51,563 nucleotides of DNA, taken from the NCBI GenBank assembly GCA_964440175.1, contig CAYTQP010000002.1:1-51563 (forward strand), in the 5' to 3' direction. This DNA comes from an uncultured Verrucomicrobiota bacterium. GTDB taxonomy: Bacteria > Verrucomicrobiota > Kiritimatiellia > CAYTQP01. The notes below the pieces were generated by a model. It saw only the letters and a program-made list of their open reading frames with translations. It was not told where the DNA came from and searched no databases. The position numbers were made by a program, and so were the translations under genes. This document shows, piece by piece, positions 19,252-29,332 of this stretch. Positions within the stretch are counted from its first letter, which is position 1; each line of letters starts with the position of its first letter.

Positions 19252-19659
19252 ATGTCCATTAACCGAATTGTGAGAGTCAATGAGTTGCTTAGACGCGAAA
19301 TTGCAAGCAATCTCCTTACTATGCTGGACAACAAAAACGTGAACGCTGCCACAGTGATGATTTCACGTGTTGAGACCAGCCCGGACATCAAACATGCGCA
19401 TGTTTTTGTCTCCATCATCGGTGACAGTGAATATCAGCGCAAGACATTGAGAATTGTAAAAAAACTACGCCAGGCGCTACAGGGGAAAATCGGAAAAGTT
19501 GTCAGCTTTAAATTCACACCAAAACTCTCGTTTTTTCTCGATAATTCCATAGAAAAAGGAGATCACGTTCTAGAAATGATTGCGGATATGGAAGAGAATC
19601 ATCCCGAATGGGCGGATAACAACAAATTCGGGGAATGGGTAAATGACGATGAAGAATAA
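19252..19659 (+). CDS. rbfA: Ribosome-binding factor A
   Basis: RVNELLRREIASNLL...V.ISRVETSPDIKHAHVFVS is typical of RbfA, and it sits in the conserved position after infB. Confidence 0.9.
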   Translation: MSINRIVRVNELLRREIASNLLTMLDNKNVNAATVMISRVETSPDIKHAHVFVSIIGDSEYQRKTLRIVKKLRQALQGKIGKVVSFKFTPKLSFFLDNSIEKGDHVLEMIADMEENHPEWADNNKFGEWVNDDEE

Positions 19660-20413
19660 ACCAAAAACACAAGTGCATAAAGAGGTGCGACGGGGAGCAA
19701 GCCGTGAAGACCATTTTCACGGCATACTGCTTGTGGATAAACCTCCACACATGACCTCGCACGACGTGGTCGCCCGCATCCGGCATCAGTTCAACTTCAA
19801 AAAAGTCGGTCACGGCGGCACTCTGGATCCAATGGCCACCGGGCTGCTCATAATCCTGCTCGGTCGCCAGGGCACTAGACTCTCCCAGTGGATTATGGGT
19901 GGAGACAAGACGTATGCTGGAATTATGCACCTGGGCATAGCAACCGACACTCAGGATATCGAGGGTCGCATTCTTGCGGAAGTAAATCCCGCCTCCATCA
20001 CTCAAGAGCAACTCGAAAACGAAATAGCCAGATGGCGCGGCGATATTCAGCAAATACCCCCAATGGTGTCAGCCATCAAGAAAAACGGCGTACCCCTCTA
20101 CAAACTGGCACGCCAGGGTAAAGAGGTTGAGCGTGAACCGCGCCTGCGTCACGTCTACTCGTTTAAATTGCTCGATTTCAATTCGCCGTTTGCCAGATTT
20201 CGGCTTGAATGCACCAAGGGCACCTATGTCAGAACGTTGTGCGCCGATATTGGTGATGGTCTCGGATGCGGGGCGCATCTGCGCGAACTCCAACGCATAC
20301 AATCAGGCAATTTTAAGCTCGAAAACGCCTATACGCTGGATCGTGTGCTCGATATGAATGTAAATGAACTCGAAAAAATCGCCCTTCCGACCAGTGCCGT
20401 CAAAGTGAAATGA
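19643..20413 (+). CDS. truB: tRNA pseudouridine(55) synthase
   Basis: GILLVDKPPHMTSHDVV...KVGHGGTLDPMATGLLIILLG contains the catalytic Asp motif. 17-nt overlap with rbfA. Confidence 0.93.
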   Translation: MTMKNKPKTQVHKEVRRGASREDHFHGILLVDKPPHMTSHDVVARIRHQFNFKKVGHGGTLDPMATGLLIILLGRQGTRLSQWIMGGDKTYAGIMHLGIATDTQDIEGRILAEVNPASITQEQLENEIARWRGDIQQIPPMVSAIKKNGVPLYKLARQGKEVEREPRLRHVYSFKLLDFNSPFARFRLECTKGTYVRTLCADIGDGLGCGAHLRELQRIQSGNFKLENAYTLDRVLDMNVNELEKIALPTSAVKVK

Positions 20414-20499
20414 GCAAGAGCGACCTAAACACTATATTCATTTGCAAGACAATATCTTGCTCAGAACAACGAAAATGATGCTGGCATTGCGGTGAAAAT

Positions 20500-21447
20500 A
20501 TGAAAATAATCCGTAAAATTGAAAAACTTAAAACGGTCGAAAAGCCTATTGTTATGGCAGCCGGAACTTTGGATGGGATCCATATCGGACATAGATCGGT
20601 GATCGAAACCGCCGTTACCCACGCTCGCAAAACCAATTCCAGTGCCTGGGTGCTGACCTTTGAACCACATCCCAAAAAAGCACTCCGGGACGACAATTCT
20701 CCGATTCTGCTCACCTCTCTCTCACATAAACTGCGACTGATAGAGGAGCTGGATATTGATGGATGCCTTCTAATGCCGTTCGATCGCGAACTGCGCCACC
20801 TGTCTCCGCCAGAGTTTGCAGCGCGGCTTTCGGAGTCGATTCCAACCCTCTCCGAAATCGTAGCTGGGCGAAACTGGAAATTTGGATATGATGCCAACGG
20901 AACAATCGATCTTCTCAGAGAGCTTGGCGGTAAGTATAAATTTGCCGTAACGACCGTTGAACCCGTACTCTTTGAGCAACGCCCCGTATCAAGCACCCGT
21001 ATCAGAGATGCGGTGATAAATGGACGGCTCAATGAGGCGCAAAGTATGCTCGGTCGCCCTTTTAGTATCCTTGGCACTGTCGTTGAAGGACGCAAAGTCG
21101 GACGCGAACTCGGCTATCCCACCGCCAATATCGTGTCGGATGGAGAGATAACACCGCCGCCCGGCATCTATGCCGTCAGCACCATCGTCAACGGTCGGCG
21201 GCACGACGGTGTCGCCTACTATGGATCACGCCCAACATTCGACGACGAAACCCACGACCTCACCCTCGAAGTCCATCTTTTTGACGGTTTTTTCGATCTC
21301 TACTCCCACGAAATGGAGATATTTTTTGTCAGCTTCATGCGGTCCGACCAGCAGTTTGATTCCATCGATCAACTCGTTGCCGCCATCAGTACCGATTGCC
21401 AAAAGGCTCGTGAAATACTCTCTGAATACGTGCAAGATTCAATATAA
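20500..21447 (+). CDS. ribF: Bifunctional riboflavin kinase / FMN adenylyltransferase
   Basis: GTLDGIHIGHRSVI (FAD synthetase HxGH-like motif) and a C-terminal riboflavin kinase module (GRKVGRELGYPTANI...GIYAV...YYGSRPTF...LEVHLFDF). Confidence 0.93.
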   Translation: MKIIRKIEKLKTVEKPIVMAAGTLDGIHIGHRSVIETAVTHARKTNSSAWVLTFEPHPKKALRDDNSPILLTSLSHKLRLIEELDIDGCLLMPFDRELRHLSPPEFAARLSESIPTLSEIVAGRNWKFGYDANGTIDLLRELGGKYKFAVTTVEPVLFEQRPVSSTRIRDAVINGRLNEAQSMLGRPFSILGTVVEGRKVGRELGYPTANIVSDGEITPPPGIYAVSTIVNGRRHDGVAYYGSRPTFDDETHDLTLEVHLFDGFFDLYSHEMEIFFVSFMRSDQQFDSIDQLVAAISTDCQKAREILSEYVQDSI

Positions 21448-21464
21448 CCCGCACGTACCATTCG

Positions 21465-23315
21465 TCACGCAGCCGCACTATGCGGACACTCATTCGCTGA
21501 AATCTTCTGACATCTCACACTGTTTTCATCTTTATGAGCGCGACCCAAATCGGCAACCACTCGTCGCGCCTCATCGCAAGATACAAACAACGGCAATGCC
21601 TCACCAAACCGAAGTGTCACCGGGTACGGAAACCGGCGAAGACGTTTCAATCCCGGCTTACCATTGTAATAACTGAAGATGCTACCCCAGAGATTACCGA
21701 GGTGAGCCGGAATAATCGGACATCCCGTTCCCTTAATCATCTTTTGAAAGCCCTTATGAAAATTGCGCATATCACCGTTCTTACTCAATTCACCCTCAGG
21801 AAACACACACACAACACAACCATCTTTTATGCCTTGACGCACAGTCTCAATGGAACGCTTCAGTTGATGAGGCCCGTCTTTTGTGTGGATTGGAATAATA
21901 TTGATCAATTTAAAAATGAAACGCAACTTTTTCCGCCGCCTGAATGTCTCTCTGGACATGACAAACCGAATTCTGCGCTGGGTTGCTGACTGTAGAAGCA
22001 ACGCATCGGCATAAGACGTGTGATTGCAGATAATCAATGCCCCGCCATCACGTGGCAGATTTGCAATTCCGCTAACCTTCACCTGGTAAAAAATCTTGGT
22101 AATACGGGATATCCAGAAGCGAACCGTGAATTCTGAAAGTTTGACACTGGCGATAACCGCGAGCACTGCGCTTAAAACCCCGGCTCCAAACATGCAACCG
22201 CGAGCACTGAGATGCAACCCATTGTGCGCTCCGTAAAACAATATCGACGACGCAACCATAGCTGAAAAGCTGAAAAATCCTATCGCCCCGAAAATCTCAC
22301 CGCGCCGCTCAACCGAAGTCCGTTGCTGAATGAAAGCGTTTAACGGAACAACATACATTCCGATTGAAACTCCCGCTACAAGCAACCAGAATGCCGAAGC
22401 CATATAACTACCCGCCATGCTCAGCCCAAATATGGATATCGTTAAACTCGTGGCACCAATAGATATCAGCCCCTTCTCAATGGTGTGGGGAGAGAGACGT
22501 GCAGTAAGCAACGCACCACCCGCAATTCCAATTGCGGCAAACGGGAAAAGAAAACCGCTGGCTTCAACCTCCATCTGCAACACATCACGCGCAAAAACAA
22601 CCAACGTCTGTTGCATCAGCGCGGTAATGCCACCAAAGAGTATAGTCCCGTAAACCGCCAGCCGCAACCATCCACCCCTCTCTATCGACCCAATAGCCCG
22701 AATCGCATCGGGAAGTATCCATATCGATGACTTCCGTCTCCGGTTTGCAGCCGGGGTCCTGCCAATCCGATAAGAACAGAGTAATCCGGCAATGGAGACC
22801 GCTATACAAAGCGTCAGAACTTTGATATAATTGATTCCCAGCCATGTCGTCGCCAGAGACGGCATAAACAAGCCAATGATAATCGCCATGTAAGTTGCTC
22901 CCGTCATAAACCCGTTGGCACGTGGCAATTCGTCAAGCCCAACCAGTTCGGGAACTATTCCACGCTTGGACGGTCCGAAAAATGCGCTCTGCGCGGACAG
23001 CAGAAAGATTATTCCAAAAACAGGCCACACCCTGCCGGAAAGCAACGCGGGATACCCAAGCAAAACTATACCCAGCTCCACCCACTTGGCAATAATAACA
23101 ATATCCCGTTTGCTGTATCTGTCAGCCAGCGCACCCGCTATATTAGAAAAGAGCAAAAAGGGAATAACCAGAAGCGCAGATGTCACCGCCAATGTCGAAG
23201 CTAAATTGCAACCCACCCCGCCAACCAGATATATTACAGCCAGCATCTTAAACATATTGTCGTTCAACGCCCCGCCAAACTGTGCCAAATTAAGCCATTT
23301 AAATGTTTTTTTCAC
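21465..23315 (-). CDS. LplT-like MFS transporter fused to a PlsC-type lysophospholipid acyltransferase domain
   Basis: The N-terminal ~400 aa form a 12-TM MFS with LplT-like motifs (FGGALNDNMFK; ALADRYSKR). The C-terminal ~200 aa carry the acyltransferase HX4D motif (ICNHTSYADALLL) and VFPEGELS. Confidence 0.75.
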   Translation of the reverse strand: MKKTFKWLNLAQFGGALNDNMFKMLAVIYLVGGVGCNLASTLAVTSALLVIPFLLFSNIAGALADRYSKRDIVIIAKWVELGIVLLGYPALLSGRVWPVFGIIFLLSAQSAFFGPSKRGIVPELVGLDELPRANGFMTGATYMAIIIGLFMPSLATTWLGINYIKVLTLCIAVSIAGLLCSYRIGRTPAANRRRKSSIWILPDAIRAIGSIERGGWLRLAVYGTILFGGITALMQQTLVVFARDVLQMEVEASGFLFPFAAIGIAGGALLTARLSPHTIEKGLISIGATSLTISIFGLSMAGSYMASAFWLLVAGVSIGMYVVPLNAFIQQRTSVERRGEIFGAIGFFSFSAMVASSILFYGAHNGLHLSARGCMFGAGVLSAVLAVIASVKLSEFTVRFWISRITKIFYQVKVSGIANLPRDGGALIICNHTSYADALLLQSATQRRIRFVMSRETFRRRKKLRFIFKLINIIPIHTKDGPHQLKRSIETVRQGIKDGCVVCVFPEGELSKNGDMRNFHKGFQKMIKGTGCPIIPAHLGNLWGSIFSYYNGKPGLKRLRRFPYPVTLRFGEALPLFVSCDEARRVVADLGRAHKDENSVRCQKISANECPHSAAA

Positions 23316-23578
23316 ACCGCATCACCTTTCTCCGTCATATTTAACTCCTTATATCGCAAGTATCATGCCATATCCCCTTGGATTATATATATCTTATTGC
23401 CCACCAACAAAATACAATATCTGTTAGAATTATTGGCAGCCCGTTGCTAAACATTATATGTATATTACTATACAAAATATGTATATCATTGCAGACTTAT
23501 TCTGCGGGGTTATTGCCGTTCTCTTTCAGCATGGACTCGGCAGTGTGGATACAGATGTGCTATACTTTCGTTCACAAC

Positions 23579-23634
23579 GGGTTACGCATGGGCGAAGATG
23601 CACCCATTAGTGCATAGAGGTCCATGCGCAACCC
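23579..23634. other. Nested imperfect hairpin in a 535-bp intergenic region
   Basis: GGGTTACGCATGG (23579-23591) pairs with CCATGCGCAACCC (23622-23634): 12 bp plus one A/C mismatch. It encloses a perfect 6-bp hairpin, ATGCAC-ccatta-GTGCAT (23598-23615). A competing 5-bp hairpin CGCAA-cccg-TTGCG (23627-23640) overlaps the 3' arm. Confidence 0.4.
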
Positions 23635-23851
23635 GTTGCGGGCAAAATGATTGTGCATATGCGCTGGATTTAGCTGCTGAATTGGGGTTCCATGGGGTTT
23701 TTATATAAAAATGATGGACAGTATGACGAGGCGTGTGTGACAATGCGGGTCGATAAAGAGAGATGTGATGCGTCTGAAGTGTGCGATTTATTAACATTTA
23801 TCCGGACGGTCATAAAATAAGTATAATAATCAAACGATAAAGAAAATTTCG

Positions 23852-25714
23852 ATGGCATTAATCAGTTTATCTGGAATCACAGTCAAGTTCGGGGGTCCCG
23901 CGCTTCTCGACGGCGTGGATTTTCATCTGGAGGCTGGTGACCGAGTTTGCCTGGTGGGGCGAAATGGAGAGGGAAAATCCACGCTTCTCCGCCTGTTGAA
24001 CGGCGAAATTGAGCCGGATGAAGGGAAAATCACCGTTGCCGCAGGTGTTACAACGGCCTATCTGCCTCAAACCGTTCCGCAAAACATGACGGGAACAATT
24101 CGCGAGATTATCTCTGGCAACCGCCATAAATCTGAGGAGATAGACCGGGTGCTGTCTTTCGTCAAACTGGATGCTGCCGCCACCTTTGAATCGCTCTCGG
24201 GCGGCCTCAAACGTCGCGTTCTGCTCGCGAAGGCACTCATAGCCTCCCCGCAAGTGTTGCTGCTTGATGAACCCACAAATCATCTGGATATTAAATCGAT
24301 TCTCTGGCTTGAAGGCGTCCTTAAACGTTACCCGGGGACGATTTTCTTCGTGACTCACGATCGAATGTTTCTGCGCCGTCTTGCAACGCGTATTGTAGAT
24401 CTCGATCGCGGACAACTTAACGCCTGGAACTGCGACTACGACACATTTCTGAGACATAAAGAGGAACTTCTTAACGACGAGGCAGTTCATCAGCGACGTC
24501 AGGATCGAAAACTCTCCAAAGAGGAGTCCTGGATTCGGCAGGGAATAAAAGCGCGACGCACACGCAATGAGGGTCGTGTCCGGGCATTGGAGAAAATGAG
24601 GCGGCAACGGCAGGCCCGCAGGAATACTGTCGGCATTGCGAATATTCAGCTCCAGCAGGCCGATCTCTCTGGACGACTTGTCATCAACGCCAAGAATGTC
24701 AGCTTTGGCTACGAGGCCGATCAACCAATTGTCAAAAATCTTTCCATACGCATAATGCGCGGCGACAAGATTGGCATCATCGGCCCCAACGGTTGCGGGA
24801 AAACCACGCTTCTGCGCCTGCTACTGGGCCCGTACGCAGCCACAGAAGAGGAAAAACTCTCTGCTCGAAAACAAAGCATACTGGATCACCGCGTTTTGGC
24901 ACTTGCGGTCGCCCCCGAAGATACTCCCGGACTAACCGCTGATTCCGGGACTATTGAACAGGGGACGCGACTGGAAGTGGCGTATTTCGATCAACATCGA
25001 AATGTACTGAACGAGGATAGGTCTGTATTCGAAAACATCGCCGGCGGGAGAGACACAGTGGTACTAAACGGACAGCCACGCAACGTTTTCGGATACCTTC
25101 AGGATTTTCTTTTTTCAGCGGATCGCGCCCGCACACCAGTGCGCATTCTTTCGGGCGGGGAACGCAACCGCCTGCTATTGGCAAAACTTTTCGCGCAACC
25201 CGCAAATCTGCTTGTGATGGATGAGCCGACCAACGACCTTGATGCCGAGACTCTGGCATTGCTGGAGGAAAAACTTGTCGAATACACTGGAACCCTCATG
25301 CTCGTCAGTCATGACCGTGAATTTCTGAATAATGTTGCCTCCTCCACACTTGTTTTCGAAAGTCCGGGAATTGTCCGCGAATATATCGGCGGTTACGACG
25401 ATTGGTTACGGCAACGACCTAACCCAAAGGTCAAAGACATGTCACGGGAAAAGACCCCGTCATCTCAAGGGCGCGAACCCCGCCAGAAGCGGAAAAAACG
25501 ATCCTACAAACAGAATCGTGAATTGCAGGAGCTACCCGCCGTGATTGAGGTTCTCGAAGCGGAACAATCCCGACTTCACGATCTTCTCGCCGCTCCCTCC
25601 ACCTATCGCGACGGCGAAACCGATGTTGCCTCGCTCATTGAGAAGGAGCGGAAGCTGTCAGAAGAACTTGTCGCCGCCTATGCACGCTGGGAAGAGCTGG
25701 AAGACATCGAATAA
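23852..25714 (+). CDS. ABC-F family ATPase (Uup-like)
   Basis: Two NBDs without TM domains: Walker A GRNGEGKST / GPNGCGKTT, signatures LSGGLKRR / LSGGERNR, Walker B LLLDEPTNHLD / LVMDEPTNDLD, plus a basic coiled-coil C-terminal tail. Confidence 0.9.
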   Translation: MALISLSGITVKFGGPALLDGVDFHLEAGDRVCLVGRNGEGKSTLLRLLNGEIEPDEGKITVAAGVTTAYLPQTVPQNMTGTIREIISGNRHKSEEIDRVLSFVKLDAAATFESLSGGLKRRVLLAKALIASPQVLLLDEPTNHLDIKSILWLEGVLKRYPGTIFFVTHDRMFLRRLATRIVDLDRGQLNAWNCDYDTFLRHKEELLNDEAVHQRRQDRKLSKEESWIRQGIKARRTRNEGRVRALEKMRRQRQARRNTVGIANIQLQQADLSGRLVINAKNVSFGYEADQPIVKNLSIRIMRGDKIGIIGPNGCGKTTLLRLLLGPYAATEEEKLSARKQSILDHRVLALAVAPEDTPGLTADSGTIEQGTRLEVAYFDQHRNVLNEDRSVFENIAGGRDTVVLNGQPRNVFGYLQDFLFSADRARTPVRILSGGERNRLLLAKLFAQPANLLVMDEPTNDLDAETLALLEEKLVEYTGTLMLVSHDREFLNNVASSTLVFESPGIVREYIGGYDDWLRQRPNPKVKDMSREKTPSSQGREPRQKRKKRSYKQNRELQELPAVIEVLEAEQSRLHDLLAAPSTYRDGETDVASLIEKERKLSEELVAAYARWEELEDIE

Positions 25715-25794
25715 CCTTTTTAAATCTTTCATCGCCAGTGAATTTATGGTAGATGCTTCATTAAAAATAATCTAACCATGGAACGGAGAGAGCG

Positions 25795-27963
25795 ATGAAA
25801 AAATGTTTTTTAACGGCGGTTATTTACCTTCTGGCGGCTTTCAGCGTGATTGCGGGCGAAAACATTATTCGTCTCGATAAACCCGCCAGGACGTGGCAGA
25901 GCGAAGCATTTCCCATTGGTAACGGACGCTTGGGGTGCATGATATTCGGCGGTATCAATAGAGAGCATATTCAGTTCAATGAGGATACTCTTTGGATCGG
26001 AGATGAGGGTAATACTGGCTCCTATCAGTCATTCGGAGATCTATATATTAATCTGAAGAACCCGTCCTCAAAATCCGCAGCTGCGACATACATGCGTGAA
26101 CTGAATATTGATGACTCACTCCACTCTATCTACTATGAAAAAGGAGGAGTGAATTTCCGTCGCGAATACTTTGCAAGCCATCCGGCAAATATTATGGTTT
26201 TTCGGCTCACTGCGGACAAAAAAGGCGCATATACCGGCAGCATCTCCCTCAGTGATGCCCACGGTAGCTCCGTTAAAGCTGAAGGCAATAAGATTATGTT
26301 CTCCGGCACACTTAGCGGAAAATACAAAAAACCCAAAGAAAATTATGCCATAAGGTTGCAATATGAGGCACAGATCATTGTTTTGAACAAAGGTGGCTCA
26401 CTAAATGCCGCGAACGGTAAAATCTCTTTCAAAAACTGCGACAGTCTGACAATAATGCTTGACGCGGGCACCGACTACATCAATCAGCGTGGAAAAGGTT
26501 GGAAAGGGGAGCATCCCCACAACCTCATCACCTCCAGGCTGGCAAAAGCTTCCAAACGGTCATTTGACAATCTTCTCGCAGAACACGTGAAGGACTATCA
26601 GCGATTGTACAACCGCGTGACGCTGGATCTGGGAGAAACACCTGAAGCGATACGGAAGTTGCCAACCTCTAAACGCTTGGCGGCATACAAACAGAAAAAG
26701 TCGGATCCCCATCTCGAAGAGTTGCTGTTTCAGTACGCGCGCTACCTTATGATCAGCTCCTCGCGCCCCGGTTGCCTGCCCGCCAACCTTCAGGGACTCT
26801 GGAACAACAGTAATAATCCCCCCTGGCGTTGCGATTATCACACGGATGTGAATATCCAAATGAATTACTGGTTTGTTGATCAGGCAAATTTATCAGAATG
26901 CTTTACCCCCCTTTCCGAGTGGGTTTACTCCGTTGTCCCCGTTAAACGTGAGGCCACAAAAACGAAGTTTGGGGTAAGAGGCTGGATGAATCGCTCAGAA
27001 AACGGCATTTTCGGCGGAGCTTCATACAAGTGGATTCCCGGTGATGCCGCCTGGGTTATGCAGAACATCTGGGATCATTACGCCTTTACAATGGATGAGC
27101 AGTACCTGAAAACAAGGGCCTATCCCCTGCTCAAAGAGTTATGTGAGTTCTGGGAAGACTTTCTTAAAGAGAGACCTGACGGTAAACTGGTCAGCCCCAA
27201 AAGCGTGTCGCCAGAACACGGTCGCGCCGCCGAAGGAAACTCGTATGAGCAACAACTGGTTTACGATCTCTTCACAAACTATATCGAAGCATCCAAAATA
27301 CTTGGCGTGGATGCTGAATTTCGTGGAAAGGTGGAATCCATGCGTGGACGTCTGCTCGGCCCTCAAATCGGGAAATGGGGGCAACTTCAGGAGTGGGCGA
27401 AAGATATCGACAACCCTAAAGACCACCACAGACACCTCTCTCACCTGATAGCCGTTCATCCCGGTCGCCAGATATCCCCCCTCACAACCCCGAAGCTGGC
27501 GGAGGCAGCAAAGGTGTCAATGAATGCACGCGGCGACGGAGCCACCGGCTGGAGCAAGGCGTGGAAGATAAACGTCTGGGCGAGGTTGCATGATGGAAAC
27601 CGGGCGTATAAACTACTCAGCGAACAGATAAGGGGTAACTACTATAACAACCTTTTCGGTTTTCATCCGCCATTTCAAATTGATGGAAACTTCGGATACG
27701 CTTCGGGTGTGTGTGAGATGCTTCTTCAATCTCACATGGGCATAGTCCACCTGCTTCCGTCTCTGCCGGATGCATGGTCGACCGGAAAGGTCACGGGACT
27801 CCGTGCACGTGGCGACTTTATTCTGAATATTTCATGGAAAGACGGCAAACTGCTGGAGGTGCAAATAAAATCTCTCGCTGGCAACCCGCTTGCACTCAAA
27901 TACGACGATAAAACTAAGGTTATTAAAACCCAGAAAGGGAAGACCTACACCTGGAGGGGATGA
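25795..27963 (+). CDS. Glycoside hydrolase family 95 (alpha-L-fucosidase-like), secreted
   Basis: Signal peptide, an N-terminal W..EA.PIGNGRLG...NEDTLW motif and a central LQGLWN...PW..DYH.DVN.QMNYW motif are characteristic of GH95. Confidence 0.85.
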   Translation: MKKCFLTAVIYLLAAFSVIAGENIIRLDKPARTWQSEAFPIGNGRLGCMIFGGINREHIQFNEDTLWIGDEGNTGSYQSFGDLYINLKNPSSKSAAATYMRELNIDDSLHSIYYEKGGVNFRREYFASHPANIMVFRLTADKKGAYTGSISLSDAHGSSVKAEGNKIMFSGTLSGKYKKPKENYAIRLQYEAQIIVLNKGGSLNAANGKISFKNCDSLTIMLDAGTDYINQRGKGWKGEHPHNLITSRLAKASKRSFDNLLAEHVKDYQRLYNRVTLDLGETPEAIRKLPTSKRLAAYKQKKSDPHLEELLFQYARYLMISSSRPGCLPANLQGLWNNSNNPPWRCDYHTDVNIQMNYWFVDQANLSECFTPLSEWVYSVVPVKREATKTKFGVRGWMNRSENGIFGGASYKWIPGDAAWVMQNIWDHYAFTMDEQYLKTRAYPLLKELCEFWEDFLKERPDGKLVSPKSVSPEHGRAAEGNSYEQQLVYDLFTNYIEASKILGVDAEFRGKVESMRGRLLGPQIGKWGQLQEWAKDIDNPKDHHRHLSHLIAVHPGRQISPLTTPKLAEAAKVSMNARGDGATGWSKAWKINVWARLHDGNRAYKLLSEQIRGNYYNNLFGFHPPFQIDGNFGYASGVCEMLLQSHMGIVHLLPSLPDAWSTGKVTGLRARGDFILNISWKDGKLLEVQIKSLAGNPLALKYDDKTKVIKTQKGKTYTWRG

Positions 27964-27981
27964 AATTAACAGGCGAAACGA

Positions 27982-29229
27982 CTACATCCCGTACATCTCT
28001 ATAATTTCCTGCCGGGTCTTACCGGAGATGTTATATTTCATGCCCACCTTTCTGAAGGCGGCAAGAGCCTTGTCGAGATGATGTGTCTCATGTCCTGCCG
28101 ACACCTGTGTTCTAATTCGGGCTTCTCCGTTTGGAACAACAGGAAAGAAAAATCCGATTGCGTAGACTCCTTCATCGTAGAGATCTCTGGATATGTCTTG
28201 AGAAAGCTTGGCGTTGAAGAGCATAACCGGGACGATAGGTGTGTTGCCGGGCTGAAGAATGAATCCGGCATCAAGCAACCCTTTCCTCCAGTATTCGGTG
28301 TTGGCTTCCAACTTGTCCCGTCTCTCCGTATTTGCAGAGAGAATGTCTAAAACTTTCAAGACCCCAGCCACAATTACCGGGGGCATAGCATTCGAAAAGA
28401 GATACGGTCTGGCCTTTTGACGGCACATCTCGATGAGTTCTTTTCTGCCGGAGACACAACCACCGGACGCGCCGCCAAGTGCCTTTCCAAAGGTGGTGGT
28501 TATTATATCGATCTTGCCAACAACACCATATTGCTCATGGGTTCCGCGTCCCGTCTTGCCAATAAACCCGGTTGAATGCGAATCGTCCACAAAGAGCATC
28601 GCATCATATTTCTCGCAAAGCTCAACCATCTCGTCAAGCTTGGCTGTGTCACCGTCCATACTGAAAACTCCGTCTGTAATAACAAGCCTGAAACGCTTGT
28701 CGGCGTGAAGAATGAGTTTCTCCTTGAGATGCCGCATGTCGGAGTGATCGAAAATGTCACACCCTGTACCGCAAAGCCGAATCCCATCAATGATGGAGGC
28801 GTGAACAAGGCGATCCGAAATCATTATGTCCTCTTTTCCAAGTATCGCTTTAAAAACCCCTTCGTTGGCATCCATGCAGGATGAGAACAGGATGGTATCT
28901 TCGGTTCCAAGGAACCTGGAGATCCTATTCTCAAGTTCGCGATGGATATCTTGAGTTCCGCAGATGAATCGCACCGACGACATTCCATATCCTCGTGAGT
29001 CGAGTCCCGCATGGGCGGCCTGGATAACATCAGGATGACTGGAAAGTCCCAGATAGTTGTTCGCGCACATGTTTATCACATTACTGATGCCGGTGCCCAC
29101 CGGAAATTCAACCTCAATGTCCGCCGCCTGTGACGAGTGTATAAACCGCTCCTGCTTGAAGATGCCAGCATTCTTTATCTCGTCAATCTTCGATTGATAT
29201 ACATCCCTTACCCTATCACTGTAACTCAT
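27982..29229 (-). CDS. kbl: Glycine C-acetyltransferase (2-amino-3-ketobutyrate CoA ligase)
   Basis: NMCANNYLGLSSHPDVI...SVRFICGTQDIHRELE...DDSHSTGF...TFGKALGG (PLP lysine) matches the Kbl branch of alpha-oxoamine synthases better than BioF. Confidence 0.88.
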   Translation of the reverse strand: MSYSDRVRDVYQSKIDEIKNAGIFKQERFIHSSQAADIEVEFPVGTGISNVINMCANNYLGLSSHPDVIQAAHAGLDSRGYGMSSVRFICGTQDIHRELENRISRFLGTEDTILFSSCMDANEGVFKAILGKEDIMISDRLVHASIIDGIRLCGTGCDIFDHSDMRHLKEKLILHADKRFRLVITDGVFSMDGDTAKLDEMVELCEKYDAMLFVDDSHSTGFIGKTGRGTHEQYGVVGKIDIITTTFGKALGGASGGCVSGRKELIEMCRQKARPYLFSNAMPPVIVAGVLKVLDILSANTERRDKLEANTEYWRKGLLDAGFILQPGNTPIVPVMLFNAKLSQDISRDLYDEGVYAIGFFFPVVPNGEARIRTQVSAGHETHHLDKALAAFRKVGMKYNISGKTRQEIIEMYGM

Positions 29230-29332
29230 GCTTTCTCCTCTTCTTCATCTGTCGAAACATCTAAATCAAAATTCTTTATTCTCTCACCGTACAAAACGAT
29301 ATCACTCATTATGTTTGTCTCCCGCATAAAGT

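Noticed and set aside
20400-21095. 231-aa ORF antisense to ribF.
   Set aside because: The ribF motifs are clear on the plus strand. The antisense product is Ser/Arg-rich nonsense.
23867-24724. 285-aa ORF antisense to the ABC-F gene.
   Set aside because: The plus-strand frame carries Walker A/B and signature motifs. The antisense frame has none.
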